64,000 nucleotides of DNA from a virus (IMGVR_UViG_3300009128_001408:2082-66081), one strand, 5' to 3'; shown: positions 30,553 to 40,205, numbered from the stretch's first letter. A program made the numbers and translations. The notes: generated by a model not told the origin, from the letters alone.

Positions 30553-31014
30553 CTACTCGGAGTCCTCTGAAATGTATCCGGCAATTGACGCGCCATATCC
30601 AGGAAATCGCCCTGACTGTGCACCTCGACCATAACCCGTCACGTTGGCCAACTTCTTGGCTCGACGATGTTCGGCCTCAAGCTGGTCATAATCTATACCA
30701 AAACCATACTCAATCTCATCATCGTCTGATACAGGTTCTGTCAGATAGGACTGTGGCTTTCTAACGCCAGCTGATGCCTGATGCATTGGAACTCGGCGGC
30801 GACTAAGCTGACCCATTGCTGGATCTTCGTCGAGATCCTGTCGCATCCCTTTATGCCTGGCTCGCTTTAGGCGACGAGCTGTCACCTCATCCTGGTGGCT
30901 GTCAGCCTCATAAAACTTGCTCTCAGCTCGACGCTCTATCAGGTCAAACCTATCGTCGGCCTCAGCTACGCCAGCCAGGATTCCTAACAGTTTTTTTGAA
31001 TACTCAATCGACAT
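30553..31014 (-). CDS. hypothetical protein
   Basis: ORF; class II motif at 31021-31030; N-terminal KKLLGILAGVAE. Confidence 0.6.
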   Translation of the reverse strand: MSIEYSKKLLGILAGVAEADDRFDLIERRAESKFYEADSHQDEVTARRLKRARHKGMRQDLDEDPAMGQLSRRRVPMHQASAGVRKPQSYLTEPVSDDDEIEYGFGIDYDQLEAEHRRAKKLANVTGYGRGAQSGRFPGYGASIAGYISEDSE

Positions 31015-31038
31015 GGTGTAGATAAGTATTCGTCATGC

Positions 31039-31413
31039 CTAGGTATCGTCAAGTGTCAGGGGATTTTCTTCCAACTTCACGCGAATATTACTAGTTATCT
31101 CGTGACCCTTTATGGACGCTGTCTTAAACGACTCCAGACCGAGAGCAAACCTAATATTATCATACTCAACAAACGTAAGCTTCTCCTTGAGAACCGCCAT
31201 GTTAGCGTACTGATGCAGATCGAGCTCCGTCACAGGAAGTTCCTCGCCGTCAGGTCCCGGCTCAATTTCACCGGTGTCCCTCGACTCAAATACAAACAAC
31301 ATCCTAGGCATCTCTTCATCATCAGGAACTTGAATGAATGGAATCTTTGATGTAAGACCATCCTCAACCTCCTCATACGCAATCTCAGGAACCCAGTCAC
31401 TCTTATTATCCAT
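31039..31413 (-). CDS. acidic hypothetical protein
   Basis: ORF in operon. Confidence 0.6.
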   Translation of the reverse strand: MDNKSDWVPEIAYEEVEDGLTSKIPFIQVPDDEEMPRMLFVFESRDTGEIEPGPDGEELPVTELDLHQYANMAVLKEKLTFVEYDNIRFALGLESFKTASIKGHEITSNIRVKLEENPLTLDDT

Positions 31414-31633
31414 TAGAATCTCCCATTGCAGTCAGCATCTCGTCGACCACATAATCATTATCCGTCTTACGCCTAATCTTGTAAATCTGCATTGCAGCGC
31501 GAAATGCCTTCATATCAAGCTTTTCCTTGTACTCGCTAAGGACATCTTTTCTGTCCTCACGAAGAATCGTCATCTCATTCTCGATAGTCTCGATCTTGTC
31601 GAGAAGCTCACAAACAATCTTATCTTGACTCAA
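31406..31633 (-). CDS. GapR/DUF2312/T4 DsbA-like dsDNA-binding protein
   Basis: IE.IE.E...L.ED.KDV..E.K...D.KA.R....I.K pattern; AAGGAG RBS. Confidence 0.6.
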   Translation of the reverse strand: MSQDKIVCELLDKIETIENEMTILREDRKDVLSEYKEKLDMKAFRAAMQIYKIRRKTDNDYVVDEMLTAMGDSNG

Positions 31634-31652
31634 AATATCGCTCCTTTTCTTG

Positions 31653-31680
31653 AGTATAACTAAAACATTTCATATTTATA
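31653..31680. promoter_or_regulatory. overlapping divergent promoters: minus TATAAA-N16-TATACT, plus CATATTTATA
   Basis: Both motif classes overlap in the only divergent intergenic region. Confidence 0.5.
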
Positions 31681-31706
31681 AATTGAAACTTCAAGAGGTA
31701 AATTTC

Positions 31707-32537
31707 ATGTTTTTTAAAAAACTTTTTAATACAGTAATTTTAATACTTTCTGTGGCTTTGTTAAGCTGTAATTCAAGCCAAGCCAATTTAACGGTCGGTG
31801 ACCAAAATGCGGCGGCGGTCAAAGAAGTCTTCTCAGAGAGCGGCATTGAAAACATTACTATCTCACCCCAATCAATAATTGAAAGAAGAGTTAGAAATGC
31901 AGCAGTCAAAGTCACCAGCAGAAGTCGATCAGGGCACGGCTCCGGATCATACTTCTCATATCGTGGATTTCATCTCATTATTACGGCATATCACGTAGTG
32001 GATGAGATCGACCCCAATAAAATAGTTATTGTTGGGCGTGACAACGAATCGGTCGAAGCCAAGCTAATATACAGTAATCAGCAGTATGACATTGCAGTCC
32101 TACAGCCTAATGCAATATTAAATTCACGAACTGCCATTCCACTCAATATCCTGCAGGAGGAGCCTGAAGTCAACTCAACCCTAATCTACACAGGCTTTCC
32201 GAGTGGCCACGACCTGCTGACATTCCAGGGAAATATAGCTGGATTTGAAACTGTAAACTCGCGAGATAGAAAAGCAATGCTGGTACACACCTACGGCTGG
32301 TTCGGCTCGTCAGGATCATGCCTGTTTAATAAGTGGGGCAGGCTTGTTGGCATCCTATGGGGCGTCGACGTCGAGGTATTTGCTGTGCCCCAGGCCCAGG
32401 AGGATATCATATACGCATCCGCCGCCAGTCAAATTGACCTGGATGCAGTCCTAGAAGCGGCATGTAAGAGTAGGCGTGATAGGCCACTGTGTCAGCGACT
32501 GGAGCGGGAAAGCATTAGGGAACGATTTGGAAATTGA
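31707..32537 (+). CDS. trypsin-like serine protease, lipoprotein; only plus-strand gene
   Basis: GAGG RBS, lipobox LLSC, GSG, TAYHVV, DIAVL, FGSSGS catalytic triad. Confidence 0.85.
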   Translation: MFFKKLFNTVILILSVALLSCNSSQANLTVGDQNAAAVKEVFSESGIENITISPQSIIERRVRNAAVKVTSRSRSGHGSGSYFSYRGFHLIITAYHVVDEIDPNKIVIVGRDNESVEAKLIYSNQQYDIAVLQPNAILNSRTAIPLNILQEEPEVNSTLIYTGFPSGHDLLTFQGNIAGFETVNSRDRKAMLVHTYGWFGSSGSCLFNKWGRLVGILWGVDVEVFAVPQAQEDIIYASAASQIDLDAVLEAACKSRRDRPLCQRLERESIRERFGN

Positions 32538-32543
32538 CAGAGG

Positions 32544-32753
32544 TCAACCAGTCTGTTTCCTAAATAGGTCCCCCATTGACTCCTTGTCAATGGCAACCTT
32601 AAACGCCGTGTGAATAAAGTTAACAATGTCAGTGTTCGACACCTCAGCCTCAGGTGGGACTGACATCGCTGACCTGACTGTTGACAGAAACTCATCAGTT
32701 ATACTAACCTCGAGCTCGCCGCCCTTACCAAGAGGAATATTGATTGTGTCCAT
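32544..32753 (-). CDS. hypothetical protein
   Basis: ORF with class I promoter at 32759-32786. Confidence 0.6.
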   Translation of the reverse strand: MDTINIPLGKGGELEVSITDEFLSTVRSAMSVPPEAEVSNTDIVNFIHTAFKVAIDKESMGDLFRKQTG

Positions 32754-32758
32754 ATAGT

Positions 32759-32786
32759 ATTATACGCAATATAAGCCAGCTTTATA
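32759..32786 (-). promoter_or_regulatory. class I promoter TATAAA-N16-TATAAT
   Basis: Perfect -10 hexamer, 5 nt from ATG. Confidence 0.6.
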
Positions 32787-32789
32787 GGA

Positions 32790-33491
32790 CTAACGCATAT
32801 TTTTTCGGCGTAGGCGCAACAGCGACTCTAGCTTGGAGCCGACAACCCTGACAGGTGTTGGTGTACCTATCTCGACATCTACTTCCTGTTCGATCTCTGC
32901 TGGTGGAGATTTCGATGTAGCGCTCTTAATATCTGGTGCCACGGCATCATCAGGCTGCGTTCCTACCAATAAGACTTGAGCTAAGCCTACCATGAACTCC
33001 TGCAAGGCTTTTTTCTCGGCGCCTGTCATTGCCTCAAAATAATCCCTAAGCCGTGTGCCTGTCTTAGTAATCATCACCTCGCCATTAACTGTCTTGCTTA
33101 TTGCCTTGGCTGATCGAATAGCATTAAAGTTGTGCTTAAAGTCCTTGTATGTGGTGCCGACGGCTATCTTTGGCGATGACATCTTCCTCTTCACCTTAGG
33201 TGCCTCCTCCTCGGGAGGCTCCTCGACTACCTCTTCCTCCACTTCAACGTCCACCTCAGCTTCAGTATCGGGCTCAGGCGTGGTCTCATCATCAACTGTG
33301 ACCTCCGCTTCAACCTCCGCTTCAGGCTCCTCCTCGACTTCGACTTCGACTTCATCCTGCTCATCTAGGGCGGCGGCAATCTCCTGTGCCAACTGCACCT
33401 CTTTTTGGATGCGAGTCCCAGTTGACTCCTGGGCACTTGACATAGCCTCGGAGACTAGTCTCTCAATTAACCGCTGAACCTTATTTGACAT
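32790..33491 (-). CDS. acidic Glu/Val-rich protein with leader-like N-terminus (scaffold-like)
   Basis: MSNKVQRLIERLVSEA; EVEVEVEEE tract. Confidence 0.65.
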   Translation of the reverse strand: MSNKVQRLIERLVSEAMSSAQESTGTRIQKEVQLAQEIAAALDEQDEVEVEVEEEPEAEVEAEVTVDDETTPEPDTEAEVDVEVEEEVVEEPPEEEAPKVKRKMSSPKIAVGTTYKDFKHNFNAIRSAKAISKTVNGEVMITKTGTRLRDYFEAMTGAEKKALQEFMVGLAQVLLVGTQPDDAVAPDIKSATSKSPPAEIEQEVDVEIGTPTPVRVVGSKLESLLRLRRKNMR

Positions 33492-33700
33492 TACTTCTTC
33501 CGGTTGTAAAATGTTCTATTAGCAGGAAACTCTCGGGTCCTGCGATTAAGCTCTCTGGCGGGATGGGCACCGTGGGTGCGGGCGTACTCGCGGCGGTGGG
33601 CATCGGCGATGTCCTCGCGCTTGACGATATCGTCCATAAACTTATCCCATGACAGGTCTTCCGCCTGCTTTGCCTCTTCACTAACGTAATCGTCTCTCAT
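33491..33700 (-). CDS. hypothetical protein
   Basis: AGGAG RBS. Confidence 0.6.
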   Translation of the reverse strand: MRDDYVSEEAKQAEDLSWDKFMDDIVKREDIADAHRREYARTHGAHPARELNRRTREFPANRTFYNRKK

Positions 33701-33713
33701 GATTTAGCTCCTT

Positions 33714-34133
33714 TTAACCTTTTATAAGTAGGTTCTTCTTTTCGAAATTAATTGCCACAATAAAATATGAGCCCTCAGTCGCCTGAATAGCTACTGTAGC
33801 TGCCATGTCAGCAGTAGGGACAACGTGTATTTTTCCAGATGGAAAATGAATTACCACTGACTGGACCTGCTCATCCAGCAGCCTGACTATATCAAAGTTG
33901 GCGTCGATGCATGCCGTTATTTCAAACTCGCTGCCACCCTTAAATGTACATGATGCTATGGGTGTCTCCAGCGCGGAGTCCTCAAAATTAATAGTTGCGG
34001 ATAGTGTTGCAGCCGCCAGCTGTTGTGGGGTTGAATCTGTCGGATCGGCAAACTGGTCCATATCAATATCACCGGCGATGGACTCGCTGACGAAAAATGA
34101 CTCCGTTGGGACCTTGATGTCACCCGTCGACAC
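33714..34133 (-). CDS. hypothetical protein
   Basis: GGAGG RBS; operon tiling. Confidence 0.6.
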   Translation of the reverse strand: MSTGDIKVPTESFFVSESIAGDIDMDQFADPTDSTPQQLAAATLSATINFEDSALETPIASCTFKGGSEFEITACIDANFDIVRLLDEQVQSVVIHFPSGKIHVVPTADMAATVAIQATEGSYFIVAINFEKKNLLIKG

Positions 34134-34542
34134 TCATCACCTCCATAATATCGTTATAGATATCAGTCAGCTCATTAGCATACTCATGGTCGATCTCTGT
34201 CACATCATTTAAAGTGTGTGTCCAGACCTCAATATGGACTGTCAGCGGCTCTATGGTTATGACTCCGTGATGTTGAGCGTCCTCCTGGAAATCTAACACC
34301 TCGATAACAAACCTTGTGAGCTGCTGCGGGGCATCAAACTCAAAGTCACAGATAAGCCTTCCCGACTCGGCATCATCCCTCCAGACATTAGGCTCTGTTC
34401 CAGTATCCTCTGGCTCGCTAGCCTCATCCTGGGCATACTCGCGGATCAGCGTAGGAACATACTGGTTTTTACCACCTCCAAACTCGGAGTCCTTGCTTAG
34501 GCTTCGAGGCCGCCTGATCTTAAATGCTTCATCCAGTTTCAT
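34120..34542 (-). CDS. pterin-4-alpha-carbinolamine dehydratase-like protein
   Basis: W...L..DFEF...F....HHG.I......VWTH.L..VTE.D...A. Confidence 0.75.
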   Translation of the reverse strand: MKLDEAFKIRRPRSLSKDSEFGGGKNQYVPTLIREYAQDEASEPEDTGTEPNVWRDDAESGRLICDFEFDAPQQLTRFVIEVLDFQEDAQHHGVITIEPLTVHIEVWTHTLNDVTEIDHEYANELTDIYNDIMEVMSVDG

Positions 34543-34545
34543 TTT

Positions 34546-35499
34546 TTACTCTCCTGCGGAATCGTCGTCGCCGGCGTCCTCATCTAATATATAGCCTATC
34601 TCGACCAGAACCCCCGGAGGTGGGGGTGCATCAAAGACAACACGATTCAAGGAGACATCATAACTCCAGCCAACCTCAGTCAATATTCTATCAAAAAATA
34701 CCCTGACTGTATCGGCATGTGGAACGTAACTCAGGTCCCAGTACTCATGTGGTTGGATCTGGACGCTGGCATCTATCACACCAGGAGACCAGTCATCAGA
34801 ACATATGTCGACAACGGTCCCATTAAAATTATTGGTAGCCTCTATGTACCTGTCGCCATTATTGTAGTTATTGCTATTACAGAGGGACTCGGCAGGAGGC
34901 AAGTTGACTATTGACGCAAGAAATACGTGAGGCCTCTGGAATGCATACCATGTGGTGAAATTACTGACTGTAATGTTGCTCTGGTCCTCCTCGTCGGAGA
35001 CGAATACCACCAGGAGGGCAGCGTCAGGCCTCATCCACGTGTGGGCATATGTGTTAGAATCCATGTAGTTCATCGCTGCCTCAAGCCCTGCCTCATAATG
35101 ACCTGTCGTTACACTTTGATACATTGTAGTCGCCTGGACAACTGTGTCGCCTGGAACCAGTGGAAACTGCTGGTCGTTAAGGACCTGTGGTGGCGATGCC
35201 GATACGATATTAAGTCGCCAACCTGCTGGTGGCAGAGCATTCATCATGGCCTCAATGCCCGCAAGCAACCTCTCCTGATGAGTTACCATGGAGCCAGATG
35301 TGTCAATGACCCAGAGGACATCTACACCATTGACTAGGCTAGGCTGGAGAAATGAATCCACCCAGACAGTACCGTCCGGATCGTCCTGCTGAATTACCAC
35401 CACGGGATCGGGTGCTGTGGATGAGATAGTATAGTCTGAGCAGCTTCCAGCAAAGACAACAACCAAGAGACAAACAACTAAACTTACAACTCTCCTCAC
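34546..35499 (-). CDS. vWA-domain lipoprotein
   Basis: Signal peptide plus CSDY; DVLWVIDTSGSM MIDAS, VFVSDEEDQS; ends GDDDSAGE. Confidence 0.8.
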   Translation of the reverse strand: MRRVVSLVVCLLVVVFAGSCSDYTISSTAPDPVVVIQQDDPDGTVWVDSFLQPSLVNGVDVLWVIDTSGSMVTHQERLLAGIEAMMNALPPAGWRLNIVSASPPQVLNDQQFPLVPGDTVVQATTMYQSVTTGHYEAGLEAAMNYMDSNTYAHTWMRPDAALLVVFVSDEEDQSNITVSNFTTWYAFQRPHVFLASIVNLPPAESLCNSNNYNNGDRYIEATNNFNGTVVDICSDDWSPGVIDASVQIQPHEYWDLSYVPHADTVRVFFDRILTEVGWSYDVSLNRVVFDAPPPPGVLVEIGYILDEDAGDDDSAGE

Positions 35500-35590
35500 A
35501 GATCCCTCCCGTCGGGGGACTTAAGGCCCTATATTAAATAGGAAGAAGATTAAATAACCGTGTATATTTAGTAGAGGTAAAATACCAAAA

Positions 35591-37228
35591 CTATTTCTTC
35601 AATTTCTCAGCGTGTTTTTGGTGCTTTTTAAATGCCTGCCCCACGGTTTCAAGAACTTCTCTGGCCATTTCATTTCCCTCAAATGTCTCAACAACGTCCT
35701 CAGTCTGCTTAATGTATCCATCGGCAGCATCCTTTGTAAACGTCCTGAGTAGACGGGAGACATCATCCTCAAACTCCTTTAGTCTGACATTGATTTTCTT
35801 GGCATTTCTAAGTATTATCTCTGGATTTTCCTCTTCAAGCTTGGTGTATTCACTTTGTTTTGTGGGGACATTCTCCGCACCAAATTCGGCTTCATATTCA
35901 GCTCTTCGTGACTTATCAGTAGCAGACGGAAGACCTACATAGCCACCTGCGCCGGGCTTAAGTTTCACATCTTCAAACCCACCCAAAAGCACCTCGGAAA
36001 AAATCCTTTTAGACAGCTCAGCGAAGCTTTCATTATCCATAAACTCCAAGCCAAAGGCGTCATATAATTCCCTTAAAACCATCTCATTTTGGGACTGGGA
36101 CTTATCCTGATAGGGCTCAACGCTAAGATCTCCATTATAAAGCGACGTAAAAACAAAGGACTTCACACCTGTCCTAAATAATTGATTAAAGCTCATTACA
36201 AGTAGAGGTAAGAGTTTTTCATATGCGCTCTTCTTCTCGGGAATAACCACACCTTTGTTGTCAAAAAAGTATCTAATTCCTAAATTCTCATTAAACCTGC
36301 CCAAAACATTCCTAATTGCGCTAACGCCCATTTTAACGCCCTCGGCCTTAAGCTGCTCAGAAATCTTCTTTAATAGTTCAGACTCAGAGCCAGTCTTACC
36401 AGTAGCTGCCCTATCCTTGCTTCCCTTATATGCGGCCTCATGTGCATCAGTCCAGAAAGGTGGGCCCAGTTTTCTCAATGCGCTAATATCACCAGGAAGA
36501 TAAGCGCGCTGAACATCTCTAATAATATCATCTGCCCTAGAGTCATCAGTTTTCTCAAATTCGACATACATGTCACTGATCTCTTCCATAGGCTTCTCAC
36601 CAAGCCGCCTTATAATCCATGGACTCATCATTCGAAAATCACTCCAAGGATCCCTATAGTCTAAACCTTCTCGATTAAACCCATCTAAAGCTTCCTGCTG
36701 GGACGATTGTTCCACAAGTACCTGTCTAACAGTCTTCCTAACCCGATGCTCTGTTACCTGCGTTTGGGCGATACGCCTGATCCTCTCAGCGACTGTGACA
36801 TCCACCTGGTCCTCGGCATTTGCCTCCTCCTGGTCGGCACGCTCCAGCTCCTGGTCGGGACTCGGCTCTGGCATCATATCTGTCTGGTCCTCACCGGCTC
36901 GGTCCTGCTGTCGAATCGATGTGGTGACGAGCCTCCTGAGCTTGTGATAGAAGTCCTGGACCTGGAGTGGCGGCACGTTCTGAACAAGGACGTTGGCTGC
37001 GTGCTGAAGCTGTTGGAGGTTTCCTGGTAGGAACTCGGCGTCATTGACAGGCGGATCGACCATCTCATCGCCGATCATGGCGGCTATGTTAACAGGAAGG
37101 TCGTGCACAGGAAGCTCCTGGACAGCGGCTGGTGCCTCTTCGGCTGCCTGCATATGGGTTTCATCGGCCTCAGTTCCCGGTGCGTCCAGGCGCTCCCTCA
37201 GGACCCTTCTAAGTTGTTTGTAATCCAT
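35591..37228 (-). CDS. large hypothetical protein with leader MDYKQLRRVLRE
   Basis: AGGAG RBS; class II motif at 37248-37257. Confidence 0.7.
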   Translation of the reverse strand: MDYKQLRRVLRERLDAPGTEADETHMQAAEEAPAAVQELPVHDLPVNIAAMIGDEMVDPPVNDAEFLPGNLQQLQHAANVLVQNVPPLQVQDFYHKLRRLVTTSIRQQDRAGEDQTDMMPEPSPDQELERADQEEANAEDQVDVTVAERIRRIAQTQVTEHRVRKTVRQVLVEQSSQQEALDGFNREGLDYRDPWSDFRMMSPWIIRRLGEKPMEEISDMYVEFEKTDDSRADDIIRDVQRAYLPGDISALRKLGPPFWTDAHEAAYKGSKDRAATGKTGSESELLKKISEQLKAEGVKMGVSAIRNVLGRFNENLGIRYFFDNKGVVIPEKKSAYEKLLPLLVMSFNQLFRTGVKSFVFTSLYNGDLSVEPYQDKSQSQNEMVLRELYDAFGLEFMDNESFAELSKRIFSEVLLGGFEDVKLKPGAGGYVGLPSATDKSRRAEYEAEFGAENVPTKQSEYTKLEEENPEIILRNAKKINVRLKEFEDDVSRLLRTFTKDAADGYIKQTEDVVETFEGNEMAREVLETVGQAFKKHQKHAEKLKK

Positions 37229-37277
37229 GTCTACTCCTAGCACTCCAGATAAATATCAAGTAAGGTGCCTTTAATCA

Positions 37278-37931
37278 TTAGCTCATCTGAACCGCTTGTG
37301 GTTCAGACGGATAAACTCCATAAGCTTTTTTCAAGGTGTTACTGGCCAAGCTTAAAGAATCACCTTGCATCTCCTGGCCTGAGACTGCCATATCGCGCAG
37401 CCGAGCCTTAATCTTAGCAAGGGCAGTCTGGTATGCCTCCTCAGAAAGCATATTATCAAGCCCATCAGGAAGGTCAACCGCGGCGAGGAAGGCCGACTGT
37501 GCTGACTTCTCATCAGGCATATTAAGCAGTTTGCTAATCATCTCGCTTGCCTTGCCTTTAGCCTCACCTTTAAGATCAGGTAATTTATCAACCACCTTCT
37601 CTTTAATATCGTCATCAATGGTGTTCCACCACCCAACAATACCTGACTTTGTAACTCTTGCAATAATACCCCCTGCGGTTAACTTTACTCCAGCTGCTGT
37701 AAGCGCTGTGGCAAGGATGGGGGCAGCATATATAGAAAAAGCCAAAAAACTTACTCCAACAAATAACTTTCCCAGGATTTCCTTCCGTGTTTTCTCATCC
37801 TTAACAGACTTCAACGTCTCCTCGGCAGCTTCAAAATCTGTAATCAGCTGTGCCGGTGTCTTTCCATCATCCTCATTGAGAAATCGACGCCAATCCTCCA
37901 TGATCAGTTGCATGTCATTTCTATTTCCCAC
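37278..37931 (-). CDS. leader-bearing protein with hydrophobic segment
   Basis: MQLIMEDWRRFLNE leader; central hydrophobic helix. Confidence 0.7.
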   Translation of the reverse strand: MGNRNDMQLIMEDWRRFLNEDDGKTPAQLITDFEAAEETLKSVKDEKTRKEILGKLFVGVSFLAFSIYAAPILATALTAAGVKLTAGGIIARVTKSGIVGWWNTIDDDIKEKVVDKLPDLKGEAKGKASEMISKLLNMPDEKSAQSAFLAAVDLPDGLDNMLSEEAYQTALAKIKARLRDMAVSGQEMQGDSLSLASNTLKKAYGVYPSEPQAVQMS

Positions 37932-37990
37932 TGACTGAGGCCTCCGATAAGACGCTGTGCTACGTCATCCAATAAATATGGACTAGTCGG

Positions 37991-38467
37991 TCATTGTGCC
38001 GGCTGATTGTTTATCTGGTTGACCGCCAGAGCCGTCAGGAAGACTGTCAGCATTCCAATGCCGACGCCTCCCATGAATATCAGCTCCTTGTGATCAGGAC
38101 GAGCCAGCTTCTCAATCCTGTCCTCCAGATACGTCACCTGCTGGTCGCGGATTGCCAGGACATCGACGTACTTCGTCTCCCACATCAGGATGTCTGCATC
38201 CCTGCGATCTATCTCCAGCTGAAACTGGGCGGCCTGGAGCTGAAGCTGTCTGTCGGTCTCTAGCTGAGCAACCTCCAAGTTGAACTCGGCGTCAATCAGC
38301 AGTCGAGCGGCGGCATTGGTGCTGAACAAGGTGCCGGCAAATGGAGCTCGCTGGTTCTTATTAAGCGGTGCCACAGCCTCACCGACTTCGTCATCAGCAA
38401 GTGCATACGTCGGCAGTGAAATAAAGCACATTAGACCTATACACATGGAAGCGATAATCTTTCTCAT
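37991..38467 (-). CDS. secreted coiled-coil protein with C-terminal TM (spanin-like)
   Basis: Signal peptide ALA-D, coiled coil, C-terminal hydrophobic helix. Confidence 0.5.
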   Translation of the reverse strand: MRKIIASMCIGLMCFISLPTYALADDEVGEAVAPLNKNQRAPFAGTLFSTNAAARLLIDAEFNLEVAQLETDRQLQLQAAQFQLEIDRRDADILMWETKYVDVLAIRDQQVTYLEDRIEKLARPDHKELIFMGGVGIGMLTVFLTALAVNQINNQPAQ

Positions 38468-38871
38468 GAATCCTCCGGCAGGATGACAGTGAAGCCAAAC
38501 CGCTCTGCAATCTCATTGGTGATGGCTGCAGGATCGTTCTTGGTGTCCTTGATGATCCGACGTATCTCCCGTTCCTTCTTCTTGTCCAACTCAGCCTTAC
38601 GATCGGCATGGTTCTTCTCAATCTCCTCCACCACCTCATTGAACCTGTCCTCGGCGGCGAACTTAGCGTCGGCGGCTTCAGTCTCGGCTCGATCTATGGC
38701 GGCATGCTCCTCCTCCATAAATTCCCGATTCTTTTTCATCATCTCAAAAACCCATGTTGGCGGCTTTCTGGTAACGATAAGAGTAACAACGCCCAGGACA
38801 GCAATAACAGGCCAGTACCAGTGAGCCTTAAGCCACGACCAAGCCTTCTTAAGTCCTGCGAGTGTCAGCAT
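38464..38871 (-). CDS. N-terminal TM plus coiled-coil protein (i-spanin-like)
   Basis: KKAWSWLKAHWYW followed by a TM segment, then charged coiled coil. Confidence 0.5.
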   Translation of the reverse strand: MLTLAGLKKAWSWLKAHWYWPVIAVLGVVTLIVTRKPPTWVFEMMKKNREFMEEEHAAIDRAETEAADAKFAAEDRFNEVVEEIEKNHADRKAELDKKKEREIRRIIKDTKNDPAAITNEIAERFGFTVILPEDS

Positions 38872-39059
38872 TAGCCGCTTTCCCTGTAGGCCTTAACAAT
38901 ATCAACAGCTGCCTGCGATCCAATATAGACGACGGCGATCATACCCCATGTCTCACTATCAAGGTCTGAGAATGCCAATAGGCCTGTTGCTGTCGCAAAT
39001 GTCAACAACTTACGACTTATCAGCTTCTCTACAATTATATCCATCCATCCTTTTTTCAT
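38871..39059 (-). CDS. small two-TM holin-like protein
   Basis: KLISRKLL...two TM...YIGSQAAVD; AGGAG RBS. Confidence 0.5.
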   Translation of the reverse strand: MKKGWMDIIVEKLISRKLLTFATATGLLAFSDLDSETWGMIAVVYIGSQAAVDIVKAYRESG

Positions 39060-39068
39060 AATTTTCTC

Positions 39069-39350
39069 CTAGTTTGGCATATCATCATCGTCGGTCGGCT
39101 TGCTAAGTAGGTCCGACAGCGTTGGGATTCCACCCTTGCTAGACCTAACTTGCTCCTCGGCGAGTGACTCAAGTAATTGTGTGTGCATCTCAATTATAAC
39201 GTTCAGGGTCTTTCGATTCTCTCCAACATGGTCAATCACCTGAATTAGTTTGTCGCCCAAGTCTGCCATGCCGTGAGTAACGATAGCCAATTTTTCATAT
39301 ATATCTGCTAGCCGACCCCTTATGGCCAGCTCGACGACTGATTTCAGCAT
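39069..39350 (-). CDS. hypothetical coiled-coil protein
   Basis: ORF in operon. Confidence 0.6.
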   Translation of the reverse strand: MLKSVVELAIRGRLADIYEKLAIVTHGMADLGDKLIQVIDHVGENRKTLNVIIEMHTQLLESLAEEQVRSSKGGIPTLSDLLSKPTDDDDMPN

Positions 39351-39358
39351 AAAACCAC

Positions 39359-39634
39359 CTATAAATCCTGTGAATAAGGACTCTCGGAGTCTATTATATC
39401 AAGAAGAGTGCTCGCGTCACTCTTCGACAGTTTTTTAACCAGCTTTTCCTTCTTCCTCTCGGAAAGCTCATCGAGTATCTTCATCACCTTGGGATCCTCG
39501 GTAATCACCCTTTGGGCGAACTCCTCAAACATCTCCTGCATGGATAGTTTTAGCTTGAACGAAGCAATACGAAAGTTAGCGTGTGTGTCAGATAGAAGCT
39601 TTACGTGCACACTCTTTCGGTGATCTAGCTCCAT
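39359..39634 (-). CDS. hypothetical protein, ribbon-helix-helix-like
   Basis: RKSVHVKL strand followed by two helices (LSMQEMFEEF). Confidence 0.55.
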   Translation of the reverse strand: MELDHRKSVHVKLLSDTHANFRIASFKLKLSMQEMFEEFAQRVITEDPKVMKILDELSERKKEKLVKKLSKSDASTLLDIIDSESPYSQDL

Positions 39635-39637
39635 ATG

Positions 39638-40204
39638 TCAGGCTCCTGGTGTCGGTCCCGCCCCTACAGCTGCCGGAGGTGGCTGCGTATCGTCGATGGG
39701 ATTCAACTCCATACCATACTGCTGCGCCATTATCTCTGTAAAATCATCGACTACGCTTCGATCGTATCGATTGTCCAGGAAATTCATGGAGCGATTCAGA
39801 ATGACAGTAACAGGATCCATCAGGCTCTCAAAGTTCATGATTAACCTGGCAACAGAACCTGCGAAATCGTCTATGTTAAGTGGGGGCTGGCGCTCCTCGG
39901 TAGGCTGCTCAGCTGACATCTCCTCGCTTCCGACAATCTCTGGATCGCCGGCTATCTCGGCGTCCTCCTCCTCGCCGCCCTCCTGCTCGAACAGGTGTGA
40001 CATAACTGTGCGTAGGCTCTTGGACTCATTGACATCACCAATGGCCTGATTCTCATACTTAATAAGTAGAGAGTCGATCTGATCATCCAGGGAATCGTTG
40101 GACAGACCGGCTGGCACCATGACACCGTCAGAACCGGTGCCGGGCTTATTAGTCTCAGCCTCCTCCATGATCAGTCGTCTCAAAAAATCATTAGTAATTC
40201 TCAT
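39638..40204 (-). CDS. hypothetical protein with leader MRITNDFLRRLIMEE
   Basis: Shared leader. Confidence 0.7.
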   Translation of the reverse strand: MRITNDFLRRLIMEEAETNKPGTGSDGVMVPAGLSNDSLDDQIDSLLIKYENQAIGDVNESKSLRTVMSHLFEQEGGEEEDAEIAGDPEIVGSEEMSAEQPTEERQPPLNIDDFAGSVARLIMNFESLMDPVTVILNRSMNFLDNRYDRSVVDDFTEIMAQQYGMELNPIDDTQPPPAAVGAGPTPGA

Positions 40205-40205
40205 G

